A stretch of 64,000 nt of DNA from Bacilli bacterium (GTDB lineage Bacteria > Bacillota_I > Bacilli_A > RF39 > UBA660). Made by a program: the position numbers and the translations under genes. Position 1 is the stretch's first letter, and every line of letters begins with the position of its first letter. Below the pieces are notes generated by a model that ran no database searches, had not been told where the DNA came from, and saw nothing but the letters and a program-made list of their open reading frames with translations. The DNA is taken from positions 27,204-91,203 of the forward strand of contig JAFVEF010000047.1 of NCBI GenBank assembly GCA_017478105.1, written 5' to 3'. Shown piece after piece: positions 29,787 through 42,647 of the stretch.

Positions 29787-30557
29787 ACCTATAAACATTG
29801 ATATTAATAAAATTACTGCTCCTAAACAAATCCCCATATAAGTCATTTTTTTATCTTTAGTATCTTTAATTCTAGGGAATAACTCATCAACAACAATAAA
29901 TACAAGCATACCTAAAGTCATTGATAATAAACCGCCTAAAACAACTGGATTAATAATTCTTAAATCAAATAAGTACATAATAACTCCACCTAAGAATGTC
30001 GATAAAGAAACTAAAATAATTAATATCCAAGCCATTTTTTTATTAGAATGACTATGGAAAAAGCTACTAGATAAAACCATTCCCAAAGGAATATTATGAA
30101 AACCAACACCCAAAGCTAAACTCATAGCTAAAGATGGATCTGCTAAACTACTAGAGTAAACAGCTGCTCCTTCAATAACATTATGAATAATTAAAGCAAC
30201 TGTTGTAACTAATCCAATATGAGTTAAATTATGACTCTTTTCTTCTTTATTTAATTTTTCATGATGAGATGCATAATGTTCATGATGATGAGGAACTACT
30301 CCATCTAACATTTTTAAAATATAAAAACCTAGTACTGAAAAGAATAAAAATACATAGCAATACTTAATACCTAAATTTTCTATTATTTCAGGAACTAAAT
30401 CACATACTATTAAACCAACAATAACTCCAAAAGCAAGACCTACAGAAAAATTAATAATTTTATCTTTACTTTTAAAAAACAACGATACTAAAGCACCAAT
30501 TAAAATAAAAATACCTAAAACAAAAGTAGTAATTAAACCAACTTCATTATGTAACAT
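29784..30557 (-). CDS. ZIP-family divalent metal transporter (ZupT-like)
   Basis: 8 TM helices, His-rich loop HHHEHYASHHE, conserved HN..EG signature. Confidence 0.75.
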   Translation of the reverse strand: MLHNEVGLITTFVLGIFILIGALVSLFFKSKDKIINFSVGLAFGVIVGLIVCDLVPEIIENLGIKYCYVFLFFSVLGFYILKMLDGVVPHHHEHYASHHEKLNKEEKSHNLTHIGLVTTVALIIHNVIEGAAVYSSSLADPSLAMSLALGVGFHNIPLGMVLSSSFFHSHSNKKMAWILIILVSLSTFLGGVIMYLFDLRIINPVVLGGLLSMTLGMLVFIVVDELFPRIKDTKDKKMTYMGICLGAVILLISMFIG

Positions 30558-30565
30558 AAAATCAC

Positions 30566-31087
30566 CTATCCTATAATAAATTTTAATAAACCAAATGATA
30601 TAAACATCATTATAATACTAGCCATAAATATACCAATCATTGTAGCTAAAAAAGCTTTCTTTCTATCCATTTCCAAAACAGCTGCAATTAAACATCCTGT
30701 CCAAGCACCAGTTCCAGGAAGAGGTACTCCTACAAATAAAACTAAACCCCAGAATCCATATTCTTCTATTTGTTTTTTATGTTTCATTACTTTTTTATCT
30801 AACCATAATGCTACATTACTAATCTTTTTACTTTTACTATTTCTCATCCAATTAAGAACAGAATTAATAAGCCATAAAATAAATGGTACTGGAATAATAT
30901 TACCAATAATAGAAATAATATAACTTCTAACTGGATCAAGTCCCATAAAACTTGCCGCAAGTAATCCACCACGTAATTCTAAAATTGGCATTAAAGAAAT
31001 AATAAATACAATCAATTCTTTTCCAAAAGGAAGAGCTTTTAATCCTCCAAATAATCCTATAAATATACCAACTAATTTTTCCATCAA
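30566..31087 (-). CDS. small polytopic membrane protein (COG2426-like, putative small export protein)
   Basis: 173 aa with 4 TM helices and a central KKQIEEYG loop. Family assignment is by recollection only. Confidence 0.4.
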   Translation of the reverse strand: MMEKLVGIFIGLFGGLKALPFGKELIVFIISLMPILELRGGLLAASFMGLDPVRSYIISIIGNIIPVPFILWLINSVLNWMRNSKSKKISNVALWLDKKVMKHKKQIEEYGFWGLVLFVGVPLPGTGAWTGCLIAAVLEMDRKKAFLATMIGIFMASIIMMFISFGLLKFIIG

Positions 31088-31092
31088 ATCAC

Positions 31093-32709
31093 CTAATTTT
31101 CAAGTATTTCCATGATAATAGGTACAACGTGTTTTTTACGAGAAACACATCCTTCAATAAATGCACCTTCACTCATATCTTTTTGATAAGCAAGGCCCAT
31201 TAGTCCATCAGCTTTTCTATTATATAAAACATAACTACCATTCTTAATAATATCAGTTATATATAAAGCTACTAATTGATAATTATTTACTTCTGCTACT
31301 CTATCTAACACATCGATATAATCATCTAATTCTTTCTTAATATCAGAAAAATCCATTGTAAAGAATTGTCCTATTGCAAAACTCTTTCCATTAACAGTAA
31401 ATAACTTATAATCATTATATAAAACATCTTCTTTATCCATACCTTTTAAAGAAGTACCAGCCTTTAAAAGATTTAATCCATATTCTTGATAATCAACTCC
31501 AGCTATTTTAGATAATTTTTCAACTATCTCTCTATCTTTAGGAGTTGTAGTAGGACTTTTTAAAATTAATGTATCAGATAAAATACCTGATAATAATACA
31601 CCTGCTATACTCTTAGGAATTTCTACTTTTCTTTCTTCAAATAATATCGAAATAATTGTACAAGTTGATCCAACACTCATATTTCGAAAATTAATTGGAT
31701 AATTAGTAGTAATACTACCTAAATTATGATGATCATACATTTCTACAATTTCTGCTTCATCAATACCATCTACACTCTGTAGTTTTTCATTATGATCAAC
31801 AAGTATAACTTTTTTAGGACTTTTCTCAGATAAATCAGTTATTTTTAAAAGACCTAAACATCTATTTTTCTTATCAACAACAGGATAATTAGTATGTCTT
31901 AATTTATTATTAATATCTACTATATCAGATACATAATCTGTTTCAATAAAATAAGTAGGTTTATCTATTTCAATCATTGTTTTAACAAAATTAGAAAGAC
32001 AAACTAGTCTTGATACATGATAACTATCATATGGAGTTCTAATTATATTAACATTATTTTTTCTCGCAAGTTCAATGTGTTCTTCTTTAATATAAGAATC
32101 TCCTGACAAAATAATTAATTCTACTCCAGATTCTACAGCATACTCTATAACACTATGTCTATCTCCAATAATTAAAATACTATTTTTTTCAAAAGTTACA
32201 TTAGAAAGTATAGTACTACTACGATAAGCTGCAACCATTACTTTTCCATCTATTTCATCATCAGCTCGACATATTTCTTCTGCTTTTAATACTTTTAATA
32301 AATTATCATAAGAAGTAACTAATTCTTCAATATTTTCATTAATCAAAATATGAGATAAATTCTTAATAGTAACTAACCCTTTTAATTTATTACTATTATC
32401 AACAACAGGAATACCAGTCAATTCTTCTTTAAGCATCTTTTGATATGCATCATATATACTAGCATTCTCATCTATATAAAATCCTTTATGATATTGAACA
32501 TCTTTTAATTGTAATTTAACATCATTTAAATACTTAGGTTCTTTAATATTAAAATATTCTAAAGCATAACTAGATTCTTTATTAAGTCTACCTAATACTC
32601 TAGCCTCAGTATTCTCACCTAACTTATTTTTTAAATAAGAAAGACCAATCGCAGACATCACAGAATCACTATCAGGTTTACGATGACCAAAAATAAAAGT
32701 CTTATTCAT
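31093..32709 (-). CDS. ppaC: CBS-domain-containing family II (DHH-DHHA2) manganese-dependent inorganic pyrophosphatase
   Basis: N-terminal IFGHRKPDSDSVMSAIGL is the DHH family II PPase signature. Central paired CBS and DRTGG-like insert. C-terminal DHHA2. About 540 aa, as in clostridial CBS-PPases. Confidence 0.8.
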   Translation of the reverse strand: MNKTFIFGHRKPDSDSVMSAIGLSYLKNKLGENTEARVLGRLNKESSYALEYFNIKEPKYLNDVKLQLKDVQYHKGFYIDENASIYDAYQKMLKEELTGIPVVDNSNKLKGLVTIKNLSHILINENIEELVTSYDNLLKVLKAEEICRADDEIDGKVMVAAYRSSTILSNVTFEKNSILIIGDRHSVIEYAVESGVELIILSGDSYIKEEHIELARKNNVNIIRTPYDSYHVSRLVCLSNFVKTMIEIDKPTYFIETDYVSDIVDINNKLRHTNYPVVDKKNRCLGLLKITDLSEKSPKKVILVDHNEKLQSVDGIDEAEIVEMYDHHNLGSITTNYPINFRNMSVGSTCTIISILFEERKVEIPKSIAGVLLSGILSDTLILKSPTTTPKDREIVEKLSKIAGVDYQEYGLNLLKAGTSLKGMDKEDVLYNDYKLFTVNGKSFAIGQFFTMDFSDIKKELDDYIDVLDRVAEVNNYQLVALYITDIIKNGSYVLYNRKADGLMGLAYQKDMSEGAFIEGCVSRKKHVVPIIMEILEN

Positions 32710-32945
32710 TTTATCCCTCTCTTCTTTTAATAAAGTATATCACAAGAAACCAATAATTAAAAGAAGTTTAACTCAATAAACTTCCCTTTACTACATTAGA
32801 AGAACTATACTTAGTAGCAATAATATTATCTATATTAGTAACTGAACTTCTATAATTTACTCTTATAGAACTTCTACTTATAGTGACAGCAACATAAAAT
32901 GCCTCAGTATAACTAGCAGGATTATTATATAAAAAAAATAAGAGC

Positions 32946-34253
32946 TTAAACAAGCTCTTTTAAAATATTTTCTAATTCCATTTTTTCTTCTAAAGAAGTT
33001 TCTTCAACATTATTATCTTGATTAAACCAAGAAGGAATATCAGAAGAATTCTTTTTCTTATTATTTACTACTTTATTATCTTTCTTCTTATGAGTTTTCT
33101 TATATTCTTTTTCAGTTAATTTCATTGCATCTTCAACAGTCTCAATACCAAGTCTTTTCCATTGCCCTGCAATAGTCTCAACATAACTCTTTGTTAATAG
33201 CTGATTATTAGTCTTTAAAACATAACTAATTAGTACATTCACAACACCTGGATTTAATTTTTGATCTATTAAAAGATTTTCAATTAATCTTTTATCTCTA
33301 TCAGTAGGTTCTGCTCCATTATATTTAGCTCTTAATAATTGATATGGAGTAATATTTTCAAATGTATAAACCATCTTTGCCCACTTAGAATTATCTCCCT
33401 TAGGTTTCTTTAAAAACTCAGGTTGTCTATTATATATTAATGTAGGTAAATTACCATAATTATCAAACTTATAATAATCACGACAACTCTTTCTAAGTAA
33501 AGCCTTATCAATCATACCCTTTTCATTAATACTATTTCTAACTAAACCTTGTAAATCCAAAGTATCTAAATCATATACAAAACTTAATTGTTTAATTAAC
33601 TCCTTAGTATCTTCATTAAAACATTTATCACTAATTTGTCCTTTAGGAATAGTCTCCATTATAACATTAAAATCTATATCTTTACTTAAAATAATATTAT
33701 TAGATTCTCTTCTTTGAATATCTTCTTCTATTTCTAATTCATTACCTCTAACACTTTTAAATACTTGATCAAAACTACAAGTAATATCTTCAAAATCTTT
33801 TAAATTAATTCTTGGTATTTTAAAATAATTAAGTACTTTTTCATACTCCTTTTTACCAAGATTATTATATAAAACAATATTTAATATAGGATGATTAAAA
33901 AATTCATTATAAGAAATTGGAGAATATAAACAATATACATATTGATTAATACTATCTTTTTTTAAATAAGTTTTTAAAAGTCCTATAGCTTCTAATTTTT
34001 CTCTTGCTTCTAATATATCTTTTAATCCTAGTTGCATAGTTGCCATTAAATGATGATGAGTAACTTCATTGCTTAATAATAATGATTTATCTAAATCATC
34101 TAACAAAGTATAATATAAACTAACTGCTGAATACCCTATAATTGGTTGGTATAAAATAGAAATTATTTTTTTATCAGTATCAGTTATTATACTTTTATTA
34201 ATAACAGTATAAGTATCTGCTGGTAAAACACTAATCATTTTAATCACCACCAC
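32946..34253 (-). CDS. replication initiation and membrane attachment protein (Firmicutes DnaB/DnaD family)
   Basis: N-terminal LYQPIIGYSAVSLYYTLL resembles B. subtilis DnaB. C-terminal DnaD-like (DDBH2) region ...AGQWKRLGIETVEDA. Confidence 0.55.
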   Translation of the reverse strand: MVVIKMISVLPADTYTVINKSIITDTDKKIISILYQPIIGYSAVSLYYTLLDDLDKSLLLSNEVTHHHLMATMQLGLKDILEAREKLEAIGLLKTYLKKDSINQYVYCLYSPISYNEFFNHPILNIVLYNNLGKKEYEKVLNYFKIPRINLKDFEDITCSFDQVFKSVRGNELEIEEDIQRRESNNIILSKDIDFNVIMETIPKGQISDKCFNEDTKELIKQLSFVYDLDTLDLQGLVRNSINEKGMIDKALLRKSCRDYYKFDNYGNLPTLIYNRQPEFLKKPKGDNSKWAKMVYTFENITPYQLLRAKYNGAEPTDRDKRLIENLLIDQKLNPGVVNVLISYVLKTNNQLLTKSYVETIAGQWKRLGIETVEDAMKLTEKEYKKTHKKKDNKVVNNKKKNSSDIPSWFNQDNNVEETSLEEKMELENILKELV

Positions 34254-34280
34254 CTATATTATTACAAAAAAAAACTAGTT

Positions 34281-35048
34281 TTACAACAGTTTTATAAAAT
34301 CTAAAACTTGATTAAAACTAATTCCCATAAAAAATACTAACGTAAGTCCCAGAAGAAGAAAAGGTCCAAAAGGAATAATTCTTTTCCCTCTACTATATAG
34401 TAAAAATAATGATATAGGTAACGCTAAAACAGAAGAAATAAATATAACTAATAATCCTACTACAGGATGAAGAAGTATTCCAAAAACAAACATCATTTTA
34501 ATATCTCCTCCACCTAATGATTCTTTCTTAAATAAATAATTACCCATAAGCATAATTAAATACATAATTCCAAATAAACATAAACCACTAAATATTTTTA
34601 AAAGACAAGTACTAACTCCATACTGTAATGCCGCTATAACTAAGAAATATCCTGAAAAAAATATAAGTACTTCATCAGGTATAATTAAATAAGTTATATC
34701 AGAAACAGATATTATAGATAACATTGATACAATACCAATAGCTATAAATAAATCATAACTAAAGCCAAAAACAAAATAAGAAAGAGCAAATAAAACCCCA
34801 GTAAAAAACTCCATTGAAGTAGATAAACTATCAATAGATGCTCCACAATATCGGCACTTCTTACCAAGTAAATAATAAGAAACGATTGGAATCATATCAA
34901 ACAAAGATAAAGTATGATGACAATGATCACAATAACTTCTACTCTTTATACAATCTTCTCCTTTAGGAAGTCTAAGACCAACTACTGTATAAAAAGAACC
35001 CATTAAAGTACCTAAAATAAAAAAGATAATTATATATAATATTTCCAT
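34281..35048 (-). CDS. prepilin peptidase (A24 family; PilD/ComC-like)
   Basis: Zn-ribbon CDHCHHTL...CRYCG, IPDEV and GGGDIKMM catalytic aspartate motifs, multiple TM helices. Confidence 0.85.
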   Translation of the reverse strand: MEILYIIIFFILGTLMGSFYTVVGLRLPKGEDCIKSRSYCDHCHHTLSLFDMIPIVSYYLLGKKCRYCGASIDSLSTSMEFFTGVLFALSYFVFGFSYDLFIAIGIVSMLSIISVSDITYLIIPDEVLIFFSGYFLVIAALQYGVSTCLLKIFSGLCLFGIMYLIMLMGNYLFKKESLGGGDIKMMFVFGILLHPVVGLLVIFISSVLALPISLFLLYSRGKRIIPFGPFLLLGLTLVFFMGISFNQVLDFIKLL

Positions 35049-35070
35049 ATAAATAATTACCTCCTTTTTA

Positions 35071-36522
35071 TTATTTAATTTGACTATAAATAGAAAACAT
35101 TGGTTGAATAATAGAAACTAATATAATACCAACAACTACTGCTAAGAAACAAATCAAAATTGGTTCAACTAAACTCTTCATTTGATCAATAACATTTTTA
35201 TGTAACATTTGAAAGTGATCAGCAACTTTTTCCATCATTTGACCAAGTTGTCCAGTAGTTTCACCAGTAACAATCATTTCATAAGCAACAACAGGAATAG
35301 CCCATTGTCCTTTAAAAGCAGATGATATAGAATCTCCCTTACCAAGATTTTCTAATGTCTGATTAATTATTTTTTTATAAACTTCATTATTAGTTATTTT
35401 AGATAATATTTCCATACTATCAGTAATAAAAACACCATGATTTAATAATGAAGCAAATGTTTTTGTAAAATTAGCAATTTCATTATATATTATTATATCT
35501 TTAGCAACAGGTATATGCATAAGAATTATTTGAACAGTTTCTCTAAATTTTTGAACTTTTTTATATAACTGCATAAAGATAAATACAACAACAAAAATAA
35601 CAAGTAATACATAATACCAATAATTAGTTAAAAAACCACTTACATTTAATATTGCCATAGTAAGAGCAGGCATTTCAGCTCCGTTTTCTTTAAACATTGA
35701 AGAAAACTGAGGAACTAAATAAGTAAGCATAAATACTAATACTCCTATCGCGATAGTTAATACAACAACTGGATATGTCATAGCAGATTTCATTTGTTTT
35801 CTAGTTTGATCCATTGAAGTATAATACTCACTCATATCATCCAATATTGATGGTAAATCACCAGTCATTTCAGCTGTCTTTACCATGTTTATTAAAAGCT
35901 TAGGATATACTTTATCCTGCATTAACATCGCATCAGATAAACTTTCTCCTTTTAGTAATTGATAAACTAATTGATTAAAACTTTTCTTCAAATTAGGCTT
36001 CTTAGTTTGTTTCGCAAGTATTTTAACTGAATCAGCTAAAGGAATACCTGATTTTATATATGTAGACAATTGTGTAAGAGAAAAAGATAAATCTCCTGCA
36101 CCAATATTATGATTAGCCCCAATGTCTATATCAAATTTATCACGTTGTTTAATACTTAATACTTGATAATTTAAACTTAATAAGAAATTTCTAACATCAT
36201 TTTCACTTTCTGCTTCAAAAGTACCTTGTTCTTTTTTACCATTATCATTAATAACAGTATAGCGAAAATCAATTAATGGTCTTTTGATTTTCTCACGATG
36301 TTCAGTTGCTAAAGATTTATCAGAAACTTCATTAGGGATAGTAGTAGCATTCAAAGAAGTATTAGGTTGACTAGATCCAACTGCTCCAGGCATTATATTA
36401 TTATAATTAACAGGATCTTTTGGTAATGCATCACTAGCACTAACAACACTATTCTGAGGATTTTGAACATTATTATCAACTATATTTTGTTTATTATCAT
36501 CTTTTTTCTTTTTAAATAACAT
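35071..36522 (-). CDS. type II secretion / type IV pilus / competence platform protein (GspF/PilC/ComGB family) with low-complexity N-terminal extension
   Basis: Two T2SSF domains, 3 TM segments, and a Gln/Asn/Ser-rich N-terminal ~120 aa. Confidence 0.8.
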   Translation of the reverse strand: MLFKKKKDDNKQNIVDNNVQNPQNSVVSASDALPKDPVNYNNIMPGAVGSSQPNTSLNATTIPNEVSDKSLATEHREKIKRPLIDFRYTVINDNGKKEQGTFEAESENDVRNFLLSLNYQVLSIKQRDKFDIDIGANHNIGAGDLSFSLTQLSTYIKSGIPLADSVKILAKQTKKPNLKKSFNQLVYQLLKGESLSDAMLMQDKVYPKLLINMVKTAEMTGDLPSILDDMSEYYTSMDQTRKQMKSAMTYPVVVLTIAIGVLVFMLTYLVPQFSSMFKENGAEMPALTMAILNVSGFLTNYWYYVLLVIFVVVFIFMQLYKKVQKFRETVQIILMHIPVAKDIIIYNEIANFTKTFASLLNHGVFITDSMEILSKITNNEVYKKIINQTLENLGKGDSISSAFKGQWAIPVVAYEMIVTGETTGQLGQMMEKVADHFQMLHKNVIDQMKSLVEPILICFLAVVVGIILVSIIQPMFSIYSQIK

Positions 36523-36587
36523 ACAAATCCTCCTCTCTACCCTTATAATTATTCTATCACAGCTTCAAATAAAATTAAATAACTAAT

Positions 36588-36616
36588 TTAAACATTTTAA
36601 TTACTTTACATATACT
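36588..36616 (+). promoter_or_regulatory. candidate sigma-A promoter for the isolated plus-strand small gene
   Basis: TTAAAC, 17-bp spacer, then TATACT. AGAGGTGA RBS 4 nt before ATG at 36633. Confidence 0.35.
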
Positions 36617-36632
36617 AAACTAGAGGTGAATT

Positions 36633-36903
36633 ATGTATCCTTATGCAAATACTAGTTTAATTACAAGAGCACTAAGTATGTTTAAAAACTTAAAATGGAC
36701 AGAATTCTTAGATGGAACTCAAAAAACATTAGGAGTTATCAATCAAGCAATACCAATCGTATATCAAGTAAAACCCTTAGTAAATAATACTAAGACTCTC
36801 TTTAAAATAGCAAGTGCTATAAATACTCCAAATACTAATCAAAATAATAGAAAAATAATAAAAGAAAAAGAAGTTTCTAATAACTCCCCTATATTTTATT
36901 TAT

Positions 36904-36905
<2 letters not shown>
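36633..36905 (+). CDS. small hypothetical protein (90 aa), only plus-strand gene in a ~40-kb minus-strand run
   Basis: Strong RBS, own promoter candidate, perfect bidirectional terminator immediately after the stop. No recognisable motif (not a pilin: no GFTLIE). Confidence 0.45.
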
Positions 36906-38049
<1,144 letters not shown>

Positions 38050-39075
38050 CTAATATATAAACATAGCATCCCCAAAAGAGAAAAACCTATATTTTTCATC
38101 TACTGCTACCTTATAAGCATTTAAAATATTTTCTCTACCACATAAAGCACTAACTAACATTACTAAAGTTGATTTTGGAAGATGAAAATTAGTAATTAAA
38201 CAATCAATACCTAAAAACTTATATCCTGGGTATATAAATATATCAGTCCATCCACTACACTCTCTAAATTCATTATATAAAGAATATATAGTTTCTAAAG
38301 TTCTAGTACTAGTAGTACCAACAGCAATTATCCTACCACCAGATTTTTTAGTATTGTTTAAAACATCACTAACTTCACGACTCATATGATAAAACTCACT
38401 ATGCATTTTATGTTTTTCAATATCAGTAACATTAACCGGTCTAAATGTTCCAAGCCCAACATGAAGTGTTATATAACAAATATTAACACCTTTATTTTTA
38501 ATCTTTTCAAGTAATTCTTTAGTAAAATGTAACCCAGCTGTAGGTGCAGCAGCACTTCCTACTTCTTTCGCATATACTGTTTGATATCTAGACTGATCTT
38601 CTAATTTTTCATGAATATAAGGAGGAAGAGGCATAGTACCAAGTTCATCTAATATTTCCATAAGTATCCCTGAATACATTAATTCAAAATGTCTAATACC
38701 AGAATCAAAAACACCAACACACTTAGCTTTTAATTTACCATCTCCAAAAGAAACAATTGTACCCTCTCTTATTCTTCTAGCTGGTTTTGCTAAACACTCC
38801 CAAGTATCACCATTAATATTTTTAAGTAATAGAACTTCCACCACGGCATTAGTCTCTTCTTTTAAACCAACTAATCTGGCCGGAAGTACCTTAGTATCAT
38901 TTAACACTAAAGTATCCCCTTCATTTAAATAATCACATATATCTGAAAAGACTTTATGTTCTATTTCACCTGTTTCTTTATTAAGTACCATAAGTCTTGA
39001 AGCATCACGAACAGCAAGTGGTGTTTGGGCAATTAACTCTTCTGGCAAATAATAATCAAAATCTTCAGTCTTCAT
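38050..39075 (-). CDS. queA: S-adenosylmethionine:tRNA ribosyltransferase-isomerase
   Basis: Conserved QueA across its length ([17 protein letters not shown]... LHFT..LL). Canonical tgt-queA-ruvB-ruvA synteny. Confidence 0.92.
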   Translation of the reverse strand: MKTEDFDYYLPEELIAQTPLAVRDASRLMVLNKETGEIEHKVFSDICDYLNEGDTLVLNDTKVLPARLVGLKEETNAVVEVLLLKNINGDTWECLAKPARRIREGTIVSFGDGKLKAKCVGVFDSGIRHFELMYSGILMEILDELGTMPLPPYIHEKLEDQSRYQTVYAKEVGSAAAPTAGLHFTKELLEKIKNKGVNICYITLHVGLGTFRPVNVTDIEKHKMHSEFYHMSREVSDVLNNTKKSGGRIIAVGTTSTRTLETIYSLYNEFRECSGWTDIFIYPGYKFLGIDCLITNFHLPKSTLVMLVSALCGRENILNAYKVAVDEKYRFFSFGDAMFIY

Positions 39076-39093
39076 AATTCCACCCCAATCAAA

Positions 39094-39113
39094 AACACTG
39101 ACTAATCAGTGTT
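39094..39113 (-). terminator. putative terminator/attenuator between ruvB and queA
   Basis: aacactga-ctaa-tcagtgtt hairpin. Short T-run. Confidence 0.4.
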
Positions 39114-39129
39114 AATTTTCTATATTATA

Positions 39130-40137
39130 TTATTTTTTAGGCTTTTTTTCAAGACCTAATACTTCATAAGCTTTATCGGTCGCAACTCTACCACGAGCTG
39201 TTCTTTTTAAAAGCCCCATTTGTAATAAATATGGTTCATAGACATCTTCAATAGTAGTTACTTCCTCACCAATAGAAGAAGATAATGCCTCAACTCCAAC
39301 AGGCCCACCATTAAATTTAGTAATTATAGCTGAAAGAAGTTCTCTATCCGTATTATCCAGTCCCAAATTATCAACATGAAGTCTATCTAATGCTTCTTTA
39401 GTGATTTCTAAAGTAATAGTTCCATCACCTACTACCATCGCAAAATCTCTAACCCTTTTAAATAATCTATTAGCAATTCTTGGTGTTCCTCTACTTCTAA
39501 GAGCCAACTCCAGTGCAGCTTCATCTGATATTGGAGCATCTAAAACACGAGATGTTCTCTTTATTATCTCAGATAATTCATCTACCGTATAAAATTGTAA
39601 CTTATTAATAATTCCAAAACGATCCCTTAATGGCGAAGATAAATCTCCAGCTCTTGTTGTTGCGCCAACTAATGTAAATGGTGGTAAATCAATTTTAATA
39701 TTACGGCTATTACCCTCACTACCAACAATAATATCTAAAGAAAAATCTTCCATCGCTGGATATAATATTTCTTCGATATATCTAGGCATTCTATGTATTT
39801 CATCAATAAATAAAACATCCCCTGGTTCTAATGAAGACAAAATAGCTGCTAAATCACCACTTTTTTCAATACTTGGTCCACTTGCTGTTTTAATATTTGT
39901 CCCAAGCTCATGAGCAATAATAAAAGCAAGGGTTGTTTTTCCAAGACCTGGAGGGCCATATAATAAAACATGGTCAAGTGCTTCATTTCTCATTTTAGCA
40001 GCTTTAACAAATACTTTAATATTTTCTTTAACATCATTCTGTCCAATATATTCATCTATACTCTCAGGTCTGATTGTATTATCTAAAGTTTTGTCATCAA
40101 ACAAATCATAATTTTTAATAATACTTTCATCTTTCAT
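39130..40137 (-). CDS. ruvB: Holliday junction branch migration ATPase RuvB
   Basis: AAA+ Walker [10 protein letters not shown], Walker B DEIH, sensor and winged-helix regions. Confidence 0.95.
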   Translation of the reverse strand: MKDESIIKNYDLFDDKTLDNTIRPESIDEYIGQNDVKENIKVFVKAAKMRNEALDHVLLYGPPGLGKTTLAFIIAHELGTNIKTASGPSIEKSGDLAAILSSLEPGDVLFIDEIHRMPRYIEEILYPAMEDFSLDIIVGSEGNSRNIKIDLPPFTLVGATTRAGDLSSPLRDRFGIINKLQFYTVDELSEIIKRTSRVLDAPISDEAALELALRSRGTPRIANRLFKRVRDFAMVVGDGTITLEITKEALDRLHVDNLGLDNTDRELLSAIITKFNGGPVGVEALSSSIGEEVTTIEDVYEPYLLQMGLLKRTARGRVATDKAYEVLGLEKKPKK

Positions 40138-40147
40138 CTAATACCCC

Positions 40148-40711
40148 CTATTTTAATAATAATTTTAACGCATCTTTTACTTGATCTTCTATACTTAAAC
40201 TTGTATTAACACGAGCAAGTACAGGTTTTATTTCTTTTTCTTTATAACCAAGACCAATTAAAACCTCTTTTAATTCGTTTTCAGTCTCAACAACATCATC
40301 AGTTATACCAACACCAATAAACTCTAACTTTCCTTTTAAATCTAAAACAATCTGTTTTGCTAACTTATCACCAATCTTAGGAAACTTTTTAAGATATAAA
40401 ATATTTTCTCTTTCTATCGCATCCATTATACCAGTAGTTGATCCAACCGCAAGTATTGGAAGAGCCATCTTACATCCAAGTCCTTTAACACTAATTAGTT
40501 TTAAAAATAATTCCTTTTCTTCAATAGTTTTAAATCCATACAAAGCATGTTCATCTTCAGTTATCTGTTGATAAACAAATACTTTATAATCCTTACCTAT
40601 TTCAAAAGAATAAGGATTAGAAACTCTAATTAAATATCCAACACCATTATTATCTAAAACAATAGCATTATTCTTAATAGATGTAACTGCACCTTTTATA
40701 TAATCATACAT
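40148..40711 (-). CDS. ruvA: Holliday junction DNA helicase subunit RuvA
   Basis: OB-fold N-domain, HhH pairs (GLGCKMAL, GIG), C-terminal RuvB-binding domain. Start set at MYDYIKG, 5 nt after GGGTGA. Confidence 0.9.
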   Translation of the reverse strand: MYDYIKGAVTSIKNNAIVLDNNGVGYLIRVSNPYSFEIGKDYKVFVYQQITEDEHALYGFKTIEEKELFLKLISVKGLGCKMALPILAVGSTTGIMDAIERENILYLKKFPKIGDKLAKQIVLDLKGKLEFIGVGITDDVVETENELKEVLIGLGYKEKEIKPVLARVNTSLSIEDQVKDALKLLLK

Positions 40712-40742
40712 ATAATTCACCCATAATTATTATAAAACAAAT

Positions 40743-40771
40743 AAATAAGAAACACAATGTGCTTCTTATTT
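40743..40771 (-). terminator. putative terminator after acyl-CoA ligase gene
   Basis: aaataagaa...ttcttattt stem with 11-nt loop over the stop. Weak T tract. Confidence 0.3.
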
Positions 40772-42602
40772 ATCTTTTTTCATTTTATCTAATAATTCAT
40801 CACTAGTAGACTCATCTTCAACTTGTTCCAATAAAACTTCACTAGGTTCAAAACTTTTATTATTACGTTTCATCTTTTCTTCATGAATTAAGACATTATA
40901 AGCAATTTTACCAACTCTTGTCTTAGGTAAATCATATCTAAATTCATATTCATATGGCCAAGAAAAACGAGCTAAATTCTTTTCTACTAATTCTTTAATA
41001 GAATTAAGTATTTCCTCATTTGGTTCCTTATGATCTCTTAAAACAATAAATGCTTTAGGAACAGTTACTTTATATGGATGAGGTATTCCAATAACACAAC
41101 TCATTCTAACATCAGGATGAGAATCAATTACATTTTCAATATTATTTGGATAAACACAATAACCACTAGTAATAATCATTCTCTTTAGTCTACCTTTAAA
41201 ATATACAAATCCATCTTCATCCATTACACCTTGATCACCAGTATGAAGCCAAATTCTTCCATCGCGATGTTTTCTAAGTGTCTGATGAGTTTCTTTTCTA
41301 TTTCTAATATAACCATTCATAACAGTAGGTCCATGAATAACTATTTCTCCAGGAGTACCATAAGGTACTTCTTTTTCTGTACCATCTTCTACTATCTTAT
41401 AATACATATCAGGATAAGGTATACCAATACTTCCTTCTCTATAATAATTAAGTGGCGTAAAACAACTAGCAGCACAACACTCAGTTAAACCATAACCTTC
41501 ACGAATAGTAGTTGGTGAATGATGTTTAGAAAGCCAAGCATCAAATTTCTTTTTCAATTCAATAGATAAAGAATCTCCTCCAGAAATAACACAAGTTAAA
41601 TAATCTAATTTCATATGATTAAAGTTTTTATTCTGAGTCATAGCTTCAAACAAAGTTGGAACTCCAACAATAACATTAGGTTCATATTTTTTTAATATTT
41701 TATCAAAAGTCTTTGCATTAAATTGTGGAAGTAAAATACTAGTCCCTCCAAAATATTGAACACAATGAATACAAACAGATAAACCAAATCCATGGAATAT
41801 TGGCATAATTGCTAAAACTTTATCTTTATCATGTAAACATGCAACATGTTCAAAATTTTGTAATGCTGAAGCATTTAAATTAAGATTAGTAAGTTCAACA
41901 CCCTTAGGAGTACCAGTAGTACCACCCGAATACAAAATAGCCGCAACATCTTTTCCTTTAAAGTCATCATATATTTCTTTTGTATAATCTTTACCTAAAC
42001 GTAAAAAATCTTTCCAACTAATTTTAAAATTACTTGTACTATTATCATTATGTAAATAACTAATAGGATTAAAAGATATTATAGATTTAGGTACATTTGA
42101 AGCAGTATATAAAGATTTAACTAAAGGAGGCATAGACTCACTTACACTAACAGTAACAACCTTTTTTACTTTAGTTTCATGAATAATAGTATCAATTTTA
42201 CTAGCTGTAAAATCAATCGCAATTAACCACTCACTTCGAGAAATATTTAAATAATGCTTAATTTCATTTTCTGCAGATAAAGGATGTATCATAGAAGCAA
42301 TTGCCCCTATTTTATTACAAGCATAAAATGATATTATTCCTTCAGGAGTATTAGGCATACAAATAGAAACAACATCTTTGTGTCTAACACCAATAGCTTT
42401 TAAACTTCTAGCTACTTCATCTATTTGCTTTAAAAACTCATGATAAGTTTTTTTATTACCATAATAATTATAACTATAATTATTTAAATGCTTACTAGCA
42501 GTATATTCAACTAACTTATAAGCAGAAAAATTTGGATATTCCAAATGACTTTTCTCATTATCATAATACTTTCTCCAAGGAGCTTTAATACTCTTACTCA
42601 TA
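40766..42602 (-). CDS. AMP-dependent synthetase/ligase (long-chain acyl-CoA ligase family) with acidic C-terminal tail
   Basis: YSGGTTGTPKG P-loop, PIFHGFG, adenylation-domain hinge. Start trimmed to MSKSIKAPW, 4 nt after GGTGAT. Paralog of the partial gene at the window start. Confidence 0.8.
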
Positions 42603-42647
42603 TAAATCACCACGATAATAATTATACTATAAATAAAAATCAAACAC

